Shown here piece after piece: positions 1-10,100 of a stretch of DNA of 34,022 nt (position 1 is the stretch's first letter; every line of letters begins with the position of its first letter). The notes under the pieces were generated by a model. The model searched no databases. It was given only the letters and a program-made list of their open reading frames with translations, and was not told the origin of the DNA. The DNA lies in IMG/VR virus record IMGVR_UViG_3300030106_004620, positions 1-34,022 of that record, one strand, 5' to 3'. The position numbers and the translations under genes were made by a program. The stretch is from a virus (taxonomy: Duplodnaviria; Caudoviricetes).

Positions 1-77
1 TCTTTAATTTTTGTATCAAAATCTAGGTTTTCAAAAGAATCTTCTGATAGTTCATCTGGGTCTACTGGGTCGAGTCT
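1..77. repeat. 77-bp exact repeat R1, copy 1 (equals 32155-32231)
   Basis: Direct base-by-base identity; the two copies diverge at 78 and 32232. Confidence 0.95.
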
Positions 78-3000
78 AAAACTTTTTTCATTTTCTTGAT
101 TAAATGCCCCACCCTTCGTAGCATAGTTTTCATTGGTATTGAGGATGTTTGTAATTCGTTTATCATCGTATCCTCTGGATTTAAGAATTTCTCTTGCCTC
201 GTCTTCATAACTTGTCTCCCTTAAAATGCTTTTTGATTTTCTTAGTTTACCAAATAATCTTTTTTCTGGAAACCATATAATTGCTTGTAAATCTGCTGGG
301 TATAATTTACTAAATTCTATGTTATTTTCCTTAACTTTTTGGTTCACTTTATCTGTTGCTATTTGCATTATTTTTCTAAATGAAATTATTTGACCCCCAT
401 TTCTTGGACTGTCTATTAACTGAACAACTTTTTTTACCAAATTGTTTACAGATAAATTTAATTCTGTTTTGTTTTTGTATCCATTATTTGCATATGGTCT
501 TAATATTTCAGAGGCCTTTGAAATAGCATAGTTATCATCTGTTTTTAATAAATCTTCATCGATATTATATTCTTTAATGATTTTTTTTCTATTATACTTA
601 AATTGTAAAGGGTATTTTTTTTCATCTAATTTTATACCAGTTTTTTTATGACCTAATTTTACAATTTGTCCTTTTGTTTTTAATAATGTATTTCTAAATC
701 TATCTATTTGAGGCTTTAAATCTTCAATGTTGTTTGTTAATTCCCCAGTTATTCTTCCCATAGTTCTCATAAACCATCTATCCATAGTTACATATTCGTA
801 AGCACCTTGCAGATTTGGATAAAAGGCACCACCTATTTTAGGACCAAATATTGCAGAACCCGGTAATTCTTGGTCTACCTTTTCTTTGCTTGGCTTATGA
901 CCAGTTATGTAGTTTATTTCTCCAGCCTTAAATCGAGTATTTAAAAATTGGTTTGCATCATCTAGTCCAAACTCTATTACCAGATTATTATATTTTACAA
1001 ATCCCTCTCTCATTGAAGGACTAACAGAACCGGCACTATCAAACTCCTCCTCTGTTTCTGGGAATCGGTTGTTTTTTTTGTAAAAGTCATATACTTGTAA
1101 TGCATATTTTAAATTAGAACTTGGTGCTTGACCGTTGCTTGTTATGGCTAATCCTACAACAAAAGTTGTTCGAGCATTTTTATCAGACAATATTTCTGGA
1201 TATATGTCTCCTAAAAGTTTTATAGCATTTTCTATATTAGTTGAATACCAAGCACCAGCATTTTTAGGATTATTAACAATTTCGTTTAAGGCTTCTCTTG
1301 TTACAACATCAGATATAATTTCTATCTGTTCATCGGTATATTCGCCAGTTTCAGTTTTTAAGTCTATGTTGTTTTCTTTTTGTAATTGTTGATTTCGTTC
1401 TACTAAATATTTTCCTATTTCTTTATTGTCAGCAAATTTCTCTACATCTATAGCATCAATTAAATCAACATTAGATAATGTTTTAACTACATCAGAAAAA
1501 TCATCAACTGCTGGTGCTAAAGCATATGACATCCTAGGATCACTTGTAGGCTCTGGATTGAATTGAGATTTAATTTGTTCTGGATAAAAAGCTACATAAA
1601 TTGTGCTTTCATCTACAGCACTGTTGTCAAATAATAACCTTTCTGTTTCCTCAGCCTTTATACCATCATAACCAAGAGATTTTATATATTTAATTAAATT
1701 TTGATTCTGTTGAAAAAGTCTAAACAATGTTTGCTTATTATCTCCACCTAAAAATTCTTTTAATGCTGATTGAGGATCGCCATAAGCATTTGGAAAATTA
1801 GGATCAGCAGTGCTTATATCACCTAAAATATTATCGCCAAAAATGTTTTTATTTCTTATATTTTTTTTACCAGTTGACTTTTTTATTAATTCTACAAATT
1901 CAATACCAGAAATTTCGTCACCAAAATCTGCATTAAGAATTAAAGGATTTTTAATGTTTAAATAAGCTGGAACAACTTGAGCATTACCACCATCCCAATT
2001 TTCTCTATTTTTAGCATACAAACTAGCCACTGATGGCGAGTCAGAAAAGAAAAATTGTGGACCTATATCGGAGCTAAAACCAAATTGTTTAAAGTCTCTA
2101 TTAGTTCCGTGATATGTTTTTAACAACTCACCATTCTCATCTCTTACTTTAGAATCTTTAAAGAACTCTTCTTGTTGTGGTGTAAGCCTAAATGACTCTT
2201 CTGGAGTTTCTTTTGGAAATATAGTGTATATATCTTCTTCAGCATCTGTTAATTCTACTCTACCAGCTTTTTTCATAGCCTCCATAATTTCAGCATTTGG
2301 TGATTGAACATTAACTGGAAATGGAGATGTTTTTAACTCGTTTTTAAAATACTCTGTTGCTATTCCTTTTCTTTGAAAATCTGGATGAACAGCAAAGCCA
2401 TCGATTGGGTATGGAGATGATCCACTGCTGTGATATGCAATTACTGGTTTACCCTTGTAATTAAGTATTTCTGCAGTTTCACCATATCCAGTTGATGCTT
2501 CAGAAAAACCAGCCTTTTTTAATTCTGATTTTGTCATATCTCCACCATCCTCTAAGTTTTCAACTATAGTTGGTGTAAGTCTAAATGACTCTTCTGGTGA
2601 TTTCGTATCCTCAGCCGTTTCCACTGTCTCAACATCTTCTACTGGATCAGTAATTATAGGGTCGCCTCCTTTAAAAAGAAAAGCAGTGTTTACTCCATCG
2701 CTTTGCATTCCTAAGATTTCATCAAATTCTTTAACAATATTATCTGGTAATGCAACTATATCCTTTAGACCAACTTCATCATTAGCATACCCTAAATAAT
2801 TAAAAGTATACCATTTAGAAAACAACTCAATACCTCTTGGGCCACCAATATTATTATTGTCTAAAAGAGTCCCCATACCTCCTATCCAGTTATCTATTTT
2901 TGATTTAAGTTCTGGATTTTCTGTTTCAAGTTTTTTATAGAGGATTTCGACAACTTCCTCAACGTATACGTCTTGATTTGCTCCTTTAGTGAGTACGATT

Positions 3001-4451
3001 CTCCCTCCGGAACTATTATATATGTTGCTTCCGAGCGTTTTGACTTTGTATAATTTTTTTCCTTCTTCATATCCATCTTCTCCTTCTTTAATTCTTGAAA
3101 TTTCAAATTTTCTAGGATCGTAATATCTATCTAATAAATCTTGATCAGACATAATTGATGTTGGTACATCAACATAGAAATCAAAGTCAACGTCTTCAAA
3201 GTTAGGGTTATCTGTAATTAACTCATTAAATATCATCATATTTAAAGGTATCTCAACTCCAGTTTCTATTTCTTTTTTTCTATTTTTATCAGCTACATCA
3301 TAAGGGTTAATTTTTTTAATAAAATCTTTATCTTCTGTTAATTTTTTAACATATTCATAATCTTCTTTTTTGTTAAAATTTTCTTCTTTTATATTAATCT
3401 TAACATTGCCTTTATCGTCAACTTCTAAAAAATTAGGTAGAAGTAAATTTTCTCCTTCTGTTATTTTTTTTAAAATTGGTTTATTTTTTTTATTATTTAT
3501 CCTTGTAAAAGTACCACTAGCACTACCACCTAAAACTGACCCAATAGAGGCACTTGTTACTGTTCTTTCCCACCACTCATCATCTGTAATATCTCTATAA
3601 GTTCCTTCTGCTGTCAAAGAAGTTATTTCATCAATACCCTCTTGCAAACTTTCAGCTAATCCACCTTTTAACATTTCTAATGGCACATCTTTATGTAGTC
3701 CTTTTTTAAAAATTTTATTAAAGAAAACATCTCTAGCAAGTTTTGGATTTTTATTGTAACTATTAAATAAACTAGATGGTCCATAGTTTGTAGCAAAACT
3801 TACTAAACTCACCAATGATGAAAGCCTTCCAGCTTCTTGTGGATTTACATCGTATTCTCTAGCAGTTTGATATGTGTCTGAATACATTAAAGAGCTTCCA
3901 TAAAATGCACCACTTGCTGGACCCATAAAATATGAAGTTCCTACTTGAGTTAAAAATGTAGGAATAGTTTGAGCTAGTTGATCAACCCATTTTCCTTCTA
4001 TTTCAATATCATCTAATTTGTAATATTTATCATAAAACTTTTTTTGATCATTTATCCAGCTAGAAATTTTGTCCTCAGATACAATTTTTTCTTGTTCTTT
4101 TTCAGACCTTTGAGTATATAAACCATTAGGCCCAAGCTCCGTATTTATAAATCCTTCTTTTTTAAGTATAGGATTAATAATTGCTGGAGTTAAAAATGGC
4201 GTAATTGTTTTTTTATAGTTTTCTAAAAAATCATATGCTTTTTTATATTCTTGATGATTGGGATCGTCTGTGTTTAAATCATAATCTCCCATCTTGTACC
4301 CATAAGGACTTGTAGTAAAAGTCTCGTAGTATGATTGAGGTATCTCAAAAGCTAAATTTTTAGGCAATTCTAGTAAGCCTTTACCGAATGCTTTTAATGT
4401 GCTTTTATCTGGAAGTTCATCCCAAAATGATTTTTCTTTTTTTTCTGACAT
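1..4451 (-). CDS. Giant polyvalent internal virion (ejection) protein, N-terminal part plus cassette A. It runs off the window start and continues in frame at 32154..29988 (about 2205 aa in total).
   Basis: Missing from the ORF track because it has no stop inside the window. ATG at 4451 overlaps the previous stop (TAATG). Manual translation is open from MSEKKEKSFWDELP to ...SFRLDPVDPDELSEDSFENLDFDTKIKE, identical to the sequence inside ORF 29988..33950. It follows the tail and internal virion genes. Confidence 0.9.
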   Translation of the reverse strand, partial: MSEKKEKSFWDELPDKSTLKAFGKGLLELPKNLAFEIPQSYYETFTTSPYGYKMGDYDLNTDDPNHQEYKKAYDFLENYKKTITPFLTPAIINPILKKEGFINTELGPNGLYTQRSEKEQEKIVSEDKISSWINDQKKFYDKYYKLDDIEIEGKWVDQLAQTIPTFLTQVGTSYFMGPASGAFYGSSLMYSDTYQTAREYDVNPQEAGRLSSLVSLVSFATNYGPSSLFNSYNKNPKLARDVFFNKIFKKGLHKDVPLEMLKGGLAESLQEGIDEITSLTAEGTYRDITDDEWWERTVTSASIGSVLGGSASGTFTRINNKKNKPILKKITEGENLLLPNFLEVDDKGNVKINIKEENFNKKEDYEYVKKLTEDKDFIKKINPYDVADKNRKKEIETGVEIPLNMMIFNELITDNPNFEDVDFDFYVDVPTSIMSDQDLLDRYYDPRKFEISRIKEGEDGYEEGKKLYKVKTLGSNIYNSSGGRIVLTKGANQDVYVEEVVEILYKKLETENPELKSKIDNWIGGMGTLLDNNNIGGPRGIELFSKWYTFNYLGYANDEVGLKDIVALPDNIVKEFDEILGMQSDGVNTAFLFKGGDPIITDPVEDVETVETAEDTKSPEESFRLTPTIVENLEDGGDMTKSELKKAGFSEASTGYGETAEILNYKGKPVIAYHSSGSSPYPIDGFAVHPDFQRKGIATEYFKNELKTSPFPVNVQSPNAEIMEAMKKAGRVELTDAEEDIYTIFPKETPEESFRLTPQQEEFFKDSKVRDENGELLKTYHGTNRDFKQFGFSSDIGPQFFFSDSPSVASLYAKNRENWDGGNAQVVPAYLNIKNPLILNADFGDEISGIEFVELIKKSTGKKNIRNKNIFGDNILGDISTADPNFPNAYGDPQSALKEFLGGDNKQTLFRLFQQNQNLIKYIKSLGYDGIKAEETERLLFDNSAVDESTIYVAFYPEQIKSQFNPEPTSDPRMSYALAPAVDDFSDVVKTLSNVDLIDAIDVEKFADNKEIGKYLVERNQQLQKENNIDLKTETGEYTDEQIEIISDVVTREALNEIVNNPKNAGAWYSTNIENAIKLLGDIYPEILSDKNARTTFVVGLAITSNGQAPSSNLKYALQVYDFYKKNNRFPETEEEFDSAGSVSPSMREGFVKYNNLVIEFGLDDANQFLNTRFKAGEINYITGHKPSKEKVDQELPGSAIFGPKIGGAFYPNLQGAYEYVTMDRWFMRTMGRITGELTNNIEDLKPQIDRFRNTLLKTKGQIVKLGHKKTGIKLDEKKYPLQFKYNRKKIIKEYNIDEDLLKTDDNYAISKASEILRPYANNGYKNKTELNLSVNNLVKKVVQLIDSPRNGGQIISFRKIMQIATDKVNQKVKENNIEFSKLYPADLQAIIWFPEKRLFGKLRKSKSILRETSYEDEAREILKSRGYDDKRITNILNTNENYATKGGAFNQENEKSFRLDPVDPDELSEDSFENLDFDTKIK
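78..1525 (-). other. Variable cassette A of the giant protein: putative HhH-GPD/DNA-glycosylase-like domain
   Basis: Motifs WYSTNI, LAITSNGQAPSSNLKYA, GPKIGGAFYPNLQG-x4-VTMDRWFMR and ADLQAIIW. Confidence 0.55.
1526..1604. repeat. 79-bp exact repeat R2, copy 1 (equals 33944-34022)
   Basis: Direct identity with the last 79 bases of the window. Confidence 0.95.
1533..2177 (-). other. ADP-ribosyltransferase-like domain (ART of polyvalent proteins) within the giant protein
   Basis: Motifs LLKTYHGT, FFFSDSPSVASLYA, VVPAYLNIKNPL, LGYDGI and YVAFYPEQIKS. Confidence 0.8.
2178..2597. repeat. 27-bp direct repeats (2178-2204 and 2571-2597, 26/27 identical) encoding PEESFRLTP
   Basis: tggtgtaag[c/t]ctaaatgactcttctgg occurs twice, 393 bp (131 codons) apart. 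Confidence 0.92.
2205..2570 (-). other. GNAT acetyltransferase-like domain within the giant protein
   Basis: IDGFAVHPDFQRKGIATEYF matches GNAT motif A (V-x-P-x-x-Q/R-x-x-G-x-A/G). Confidence 0.75.
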
Positions 4452-5554
4452 TATTTTACTGACTCTTGCTGTGATTTAACATAACCAAACCAGCTGTCTT
4501 TTAAACTTTTTAATGCTTTTAAAAAGAATCCTTCTTCTTTATCTTCAACCACACTAGTTTTTTTAATTGAATCTATTTGCTTAACTAGCATAGGGTCTAA
4601 ATTCAGAAGTTCCATTGTTGCTCTGTCTATCTTCTTTTCATCATTATTTTTTACTGCTCTTTCTAACATACTCATATATATTTTTATTTCATCTTGTCTC
4701 TTATTATATTGAGTTGCAGTTTCTGATTTTGTTTTAGAAAATAAACCATTAACAACACTGTAATCTAGTTTCATATTTGGTTCTTTAGGTTTGTACATTT
4801 TTTTCAATTCTTCTATTTTAGCTTTACTTAAATAAACACTACCACTTTCTAAATCTTTAAAAAGTATATTTGATTTCATATAGTCTGGAAGATTTGCAAC
4901 ATCAATCCTATAAGGTCTCTCTACTGTTTCTTTTGTGTAATCAGTTTCTTTTTCTTCTTCTTTTCCTTTTTTCTCTAAAATTCCCTTAATTGGATCGTAC
5001 TCTATATCACTCATTTTATCTGCATATTTTGATTTTAATTGATTCATACTTGTTGTACTTAAATAAATACTATCTCCGGGTGTGTTTGAAATCATAGGGT
5101 CTTTTAAATATATAGGATTTAGCATTGTTTTATCAATAAGATTATGCCTTGTGATTGAAGGCTTTGATAAATCTGTAACTGGTTTATCTTCTTCTTTTAA
5201 TTTTTTTAATGCAGAAGGCAGATAGCTTTCAGCTAAGTCTTTATCAGTTTTTTTAAGATTTACGTTTTGTCTTACAGAATCCAACATTGCTTCTCTTGTT
5301 AGTTCATCAGCATTTTGATAAGAAGGAGTTTGTGTTAGTATGTTTGCATATATTCTAAAATCTTTACTAGCTTGAGGTTCGTTTTTAATTAATTTTTGAA
5401 TATTTTGAACGTGCTTTATTCCATCTTGTGGACTTAGTGAAAGTTGTTTTTGGTTTAGTTTATTTGCATTAACATAAGCCTTGACTTCTCTTGGTAGCTG
5501 AGGATCGTCAAAATCTACCCCTAAAATTGATTCTATTGTAGATTTGTATTCCAT
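4451..5554 (-). CDS. Putative internal virion/ejection protein
   Basis: 367-aa ORF, translationally coupled on both sides, between the tail genes and the giant protein. Confidence 0.55.
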   Translation of the reverse strand: MEYKSTIESILGVDFDDPQLPREVKAYVNANKLNQKQLSLSPQDGIKHVQNIQKLIKNEPQASKDFRIYANILTQTPSYQNADELTREAMLDSVRQNVNLKKTDKDLAESYLPSALKKLKEEDKPVTDLSKPSITRHNLIDKTMLNPIYLKDPMISNTPGDSIYLSTTSMNQLKSKYADKMSDIEYDPIKGILEKKGKEEEKETDYTKETVERPYRIDVANLPDYMKSNILFKDLESGSVYLSKAKIEELKKMYKPKEPNMKLDYSVVNGLFSKTKSETATQYNKRQDEIKIYMSMLERAVKNNDEKKIDRATMELLNLDPMLVKQIDSIKKTSVVEDKEEGFFLKALKSLKDSWFGYVKSQQESVK

Positions 5555-6132
5555 TATTTAACTCTCCCCCAGCTGTCTTGGTTAAACAACTGTTTTAAAT
5601 CTTCCATATTGAATTTTTGCAATGTTGCAAAAAATGATTCCATAGGATTAGTAGTGTTCATAATAAGATTAGAATCAGCTTGACCAGTAATACTCCTAAT
5701 TCTATCTGCTCTTCTTAAATTATAATCATCTACAACTTTTTCTTGTCCTATTTTATATTCTTCGTTCATAAGAGCAATTTTCCTTGCAGTTTCAGCAATT
5801 TGACCTTGTGTTTTTGCATCAAGCCTACTTCTTACTTCAGTTGCAATTATTGAATTTTCTAAACCTTGCTTAATTATATTTCCAGATTGTTGTGTTCTGG
5901 TTCTGTCTGCCATTGCAACTATAGGTTGAATCGCTTGAGATTTGATTTGACTTAAATTATCCATACCATACATTGACCTACGCTGTGCTTTTTCTAAATA
6001 AGCTAATTCTTCTGGAGATTGATATTTGGCATTTTTAATTGCTAAATTTCTAGCTCGATTCGCTTTTTGATTTTGTAAATTTGATGTTATTAAATTAAGT
6101 CCTAAATTAGCAAAAAAAGCTCCTACTGGCAT
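5554..6132 (-). CDS. Putative internal virion (pilot/ejection) protein
   Basis: Likely start is ATG 6132 (MPVGAFFANLGL), overlapping the upstream stop, with GAAGGAGG RBS. Hydrophobic N-terminus followed by a Q/A-rich helical region. Confidence 0.6.
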   Translation of the reverse strand: MPVGAFFANLGLNLITSNLQNQKANRARNLAIKNAKYQSPEELAYLEKAQRRSMYGMDNLSQIKSQAIQPIVAMADRTRTQQSGNIIKQGLENSIIATEVRSRLDAKTQGQIAETARKIALMNEEYKIGQEKVVDDYNLRRADRIRSITGQADSNLIMNTTNPMESFFATLQKFNMEDLKQLFNQDSWGRVK

Positions 6133-7058
6133 TATATTTCCTCCTTCATTCCTCTTGGTAATTCTTGGTCTATATTTTGATTTAAAATTTCTTGTATTCT
6201 GGCTTCCCAAATTTGTAAATGTTTATCTGATATTGCTGGGTCTGTCATTGCAGTTGCTACATATATAGCGTAATCGCAAAGAGCAATATGATGATCGTTG
6301 TCAATTACTGGACCTTTAATTCTATAGTTTTTAATTATACCAGTTCTAACAAAATACACATTAGATATACTTTGGCTTGACCAATCTCCACCACCTTGAT
6401 AGCATTGAAAACTTACATCTTTTTGATCGTTCAAAACTGCAACTCCATATGATACAGCTTGTGATAAATCTAATGGGTCTGAATCATCAAGATCAATAGC
6501 AGAGTCTACAGTTATGCTAGTTAAAGTATTTATTGTATTTCCTTCTAAATATTTAACTGATAAGCCATTAATTTGATCACCCATAGTAGTATCTAAGTAA
6601 ACATAATCGTTTCCACCTCCATTAATATGTGGTGCAAGTAAAACTGTTTTTGATATATTGTCTGTATTTTGAAGATTTGCTCTATAGTAGATGTCTGCAC
6701 TTCCACTTTTTGGGATTTTATCAAATACAATAAAACCATTTCCTAAAGTATAGTAATTAGGCTCTCCCTCTTCTACAGTCATAGGGCCAGTTGAGTTTGC
6801 ATTAAAAGTCCATTGGTCTCTTTCTATATGAGGTATTTCATCTCCATTAATATGAACAGATATAGCACTTTTAAAAGTAGAGGGCAACTTAAAAGCATTT
6901 AACTTTTCATTGTCTCTAAATAAAATAGTGTGATGCTGTTTAAATAAACTACATCTGTTCGCAAGTAAAACTTCTGCTTCTTTTAATAGTGGTATGTAGT
7001 TGTCATAATCTTCAAACAACTTACACCTTGTTTCTAATTGTGTCCACGATTGATCCAT
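6132..7058 (-). CDS. Putative head-tail adaptor (tail tubular protein A-like)
   Basis: 308 aa with motifs EAEVLLANRC, FKLPSTF, GEPNYY and PVIDNDHHIALCDYA, typical of podoviral adaptors; gene position fits. Confidence 0.6.
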   Translation of the reverse strand: MDQSWTQLETRCKLFEDYDNYIPLLKEAEVLLANRCSLFKQHHTILFRDNEKLNAFKLPSTFKSAISVHINGDEIPHIERDQWTFNANSTGPMTVEEGEPNYYTLGNGFIVFDKIPKSGSADIYYRANLQNTDNISKTVLLAPHINGGGNDYVYLDTTMGDQINGLSVKYLEGNTINTLTSITVDSAIDLDDSDPLDLSQAVSYGVAVLNDQKDVSFQCYQGGGDWSSQSISNVYFVRTGIIKNYRIKGPVIDNDHHIALCDYAIYVATAMTDPAISDKHLQIWEARIQEILNQNIDQELPRGMKEEI

Positions 7059-7196
7059 TTATCCCCCTAATGCTGTAACTCTTTTTTTTAAATTCTCTAT
7101 TTCTAACTTCATTTCTGTAATTAGTATTTCAATTCGTCTTGTTGATTCGCCTACAACTTTATTTTTTGGTTTCCTTGATATGCTACCCGACTTCAA
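7059..7196 (-). CDS. Small coiled-coil protein (45 aa)
   Basis: TTG start after AAGGA; MKSGSISRKPKNKVVGESTRRIEILITEMKLEIENLKKRVTALGG fills the gap exactly, with its stop abutting the next ATG. Confidence 0.55.
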   Translation of the reverse strand: MKSGSISRKPKNKVVGESTRRIEILITEMKLEIENLKKRVTALGG

Positions 7197-10100
7197 GCTC
7201 AATATCCTTTATTTGTAATTCTGTTGCTGTGCTGTTTGTTGTTTCAAACAATATCTCAACACCTTTTGCCCTTTTGCCAACTCTAACATTTCTTTGATTT
7301 CCACTCCCACTTACATCTCTCGTTAAGTCATAAGTATTATAAGCATCTGTTGTTCCGTGATCTTCAGAACTTCTATCAAATTTAAACTTCACTTGAACTG
7401 GCTCACTGGTAGAACAGTGAAAATTTAACTTTCTAATTAATATTTTTTCTTTTCCTTCTGCTAAAGTCACATATCCAGTTTTTAAAAATACTCTTGGATT
7501 GCCATTTGTAAAATTTCCACCATCAAATTCTCTAAATTTAGTATTTAAATTATTTGCAGAAATCATATTCATATAAACCTTGCTATCATTCCTTACAACA
7601 AATGAGTGTATTTTCCCCTCTTGATTACCTTTACTGCCACTTGTGTGCTTTGTAGATGTTTCATAACTAAAGCTATCACTCATATAATCATACCATATTA
7701 ATCTTTGTTGCTGAAACGCTTTTAAATCCATAATTCTAACTTTATAAGGATTGCCCGGTAATCTAACTAAAAGTCTTTCTTTGTTGTTGTCTATATCAAC
7801 TACAACATCACCTTCAGTAACACTACCAGTCTGACTTACAGTTTCAGTCAATGTAGCTGTTGCTGTTTGATATTTATCTCTCCATTGCTCTGAAATGCTA
7901 ATAAATTCAAAGTTAGGAGTAATATAATATAAATTATCTTTACCAGCAAAAAACACACCATTTTTCCATTTTTTTATACTTCTTGGATTCTCACAACCTA
8001 AATTTGGCTCTGACTCTATAAGACTCCATCCAGTAGGGTCTGTTGTTGGAATGCTTAGTCTGAAAATTCCTCTTTCAGCAAACACTACTAAGTCAGCCAT
8101 TAAACCAGCAACTCCAACGATTGCTCCACCTTGCAAATCATTTAAACGTATGTAGTTAGATATAGGCATAACGTCTGGTTGTTGTAGCTCACTATATATA
8201 ACCATATCATCATAAATATCACTTTCTCCTACTGAATCAAATAATTTAACATTACATCCAAATGTTCTACCATTTACAGTGTCAGATACTTTATATCTAG
8301 TATCTAAAGATTCCACTCCAGCTAAAGGATGAACATTTAAATCCCCAAATCCAGAATCAACAACTGTTAATATATGGTTGTTACCGACTTTGGTCCAAGA
8401 TGCATCTGTTCCAGCTATAACTCTATTTTTAGATTCTGCTTGAGTTAAATTTACAAACCCACTATTTCCAGAATTTCTAAAAACATCGTCAGTATTAGCA
8501 GAAACAAAAAAATTAGCTCCATCAATCATAGCTCTATTTCCAACTACACTATCTGGTTGTAGTCCACTATTATTAACTGCCCATAAAGATTGATGAGTCC
8601 AAGCCTTTGTTCCAGCTCTTTTTACTTGAGATATAATGACGTCATCCACTTTTAAAGAACCATTTACAGTATGGCTTCCACCAGTAGAATCTGCTTTTGC
8701 TCCAACTCTTCCAGTAACAAACATTCTAAATGCAGTACAGTTACTTGGTATTCTGAATAATTTTTCTAAGGTGTAAGTGTCGGTATTATTACCGATATGA
8801 TAATTAGTTTGTTCTGTAGATTGTGTCATAATAGTGCTACCAGCACCTCCTCCAGTAAAATCTTGCATTTTAAAACTTACTTTTGTTTTTCCTTCCTCAG
8901 AACCATTACCACCACTGGTCGTTAAAGAACCACTAGCCTTAAAATAAAACAATTCTCCTCCATTAAACCCAGAATAGATGTCGTCACTTTGAAAACAATC
9001 AAACTCATTATACACATAAACAATACTAGGAGCAACTGCACTCTTACTACCACTAGAGTATTCTCCACTACCAACACTCCCAGTTTGTAATGTTAGTCCA
9101 GTGCTAGAAGAAAAAGTTCCCCAAGTGGAAGACCCTCTTGCAGACAAATATCCAGAATTAGTCCAATTGTCAGACATTACGACCCAGCCTCTACTTTCAT
9201 CAAATCTATCATTATAAGTATCATCATCTAACAATAAAAATCTTTTTCCAACCTCGTTAATATGTCTTAAACTTTTTGCTTGAGCATTGCTAAGAGTTCT
9301 CCAACTGGTGCAAGTTTTAGTTTGGTCTATTGCTCCATATGATGTTGAAGGTGTTTCCATATCCATAAAAATATCACCTTCTTCAGCACTAACAGCAGAA
9401 GTTCCCATATAAGTATAACTACCAAAACTGCCACTTAAATTTGTGTAATTGGTTGCTGGGTAACTTGTGGTAAAATCATCTGTGTCCCAAGCACTAAACA
9501 GACTTCTACCTTTAAATCCAAGCCTTGTATTTATCCACTGATTTTCAACACCAGCTGTTGTATTTATTCCTTTAACATAATAATAAGCACCATCTTCTGG
9601 GTACTCTCCGTCAGTTATTGCTCTGTAAATACTTAGTCCAGTAAGTCTTGGATTGTATGCTGTTTCATCAAACTTTAATTCAAATGTAATAGTATTTGTA
9701 TTATCTCCACTAAAACTAATAGGTCCTACTGTATCATTAATAAATAATCCTTCTTGCACTCCATCAAAAACTGGTGCTATTTTATAATGAACATTTTTAG
9801 AGCTTAATGTAAAAGGCAAAGTACCTCCATCTAAAGACGTAACATTGCTAATAGTCACATTATCTATTCTTGGGTAATTTATAGGATCATAATGAAAAGC
9901 ATCAAAACTGTATCCTACTCCACTTGTAAATGTAGCTGATGTTGCACCATTGCTTATTCCATTAGGATTTAAAGTGCAGTCGTCAGTAAATCCAGCAGTT
10001 AAAGTTATATTTGTAGGAGTTACACTATCGTAAACAGTCTGTCTTATATAGATACCTCCATCCAGAGATAAAGAATTTTCAGAATCAACATTTGCTATTA

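Noticed and set aside
1-77. Contig-end repeats as phage direct terminal repeats or att sites
   Set aside because: The two ends do not match each other. Each matches an internal coding position and is truncated by the contig end at k-mer-like lengths. No integrase is present.
78-1525. Invertase shufflon or diversity-generating retroelement behind the A/B variation
   Set aside because: No inverted repeats, site-specific recombinase, reverse transcriptase or adenine-specific TR/VR pair was seen.
1135-3600. ORF-track calls 1135..1392, 2894..3106 and 3370..3600
   Set aside because: They are shadow or alternate-frame ORFs inside the giant minus-strand CDS.
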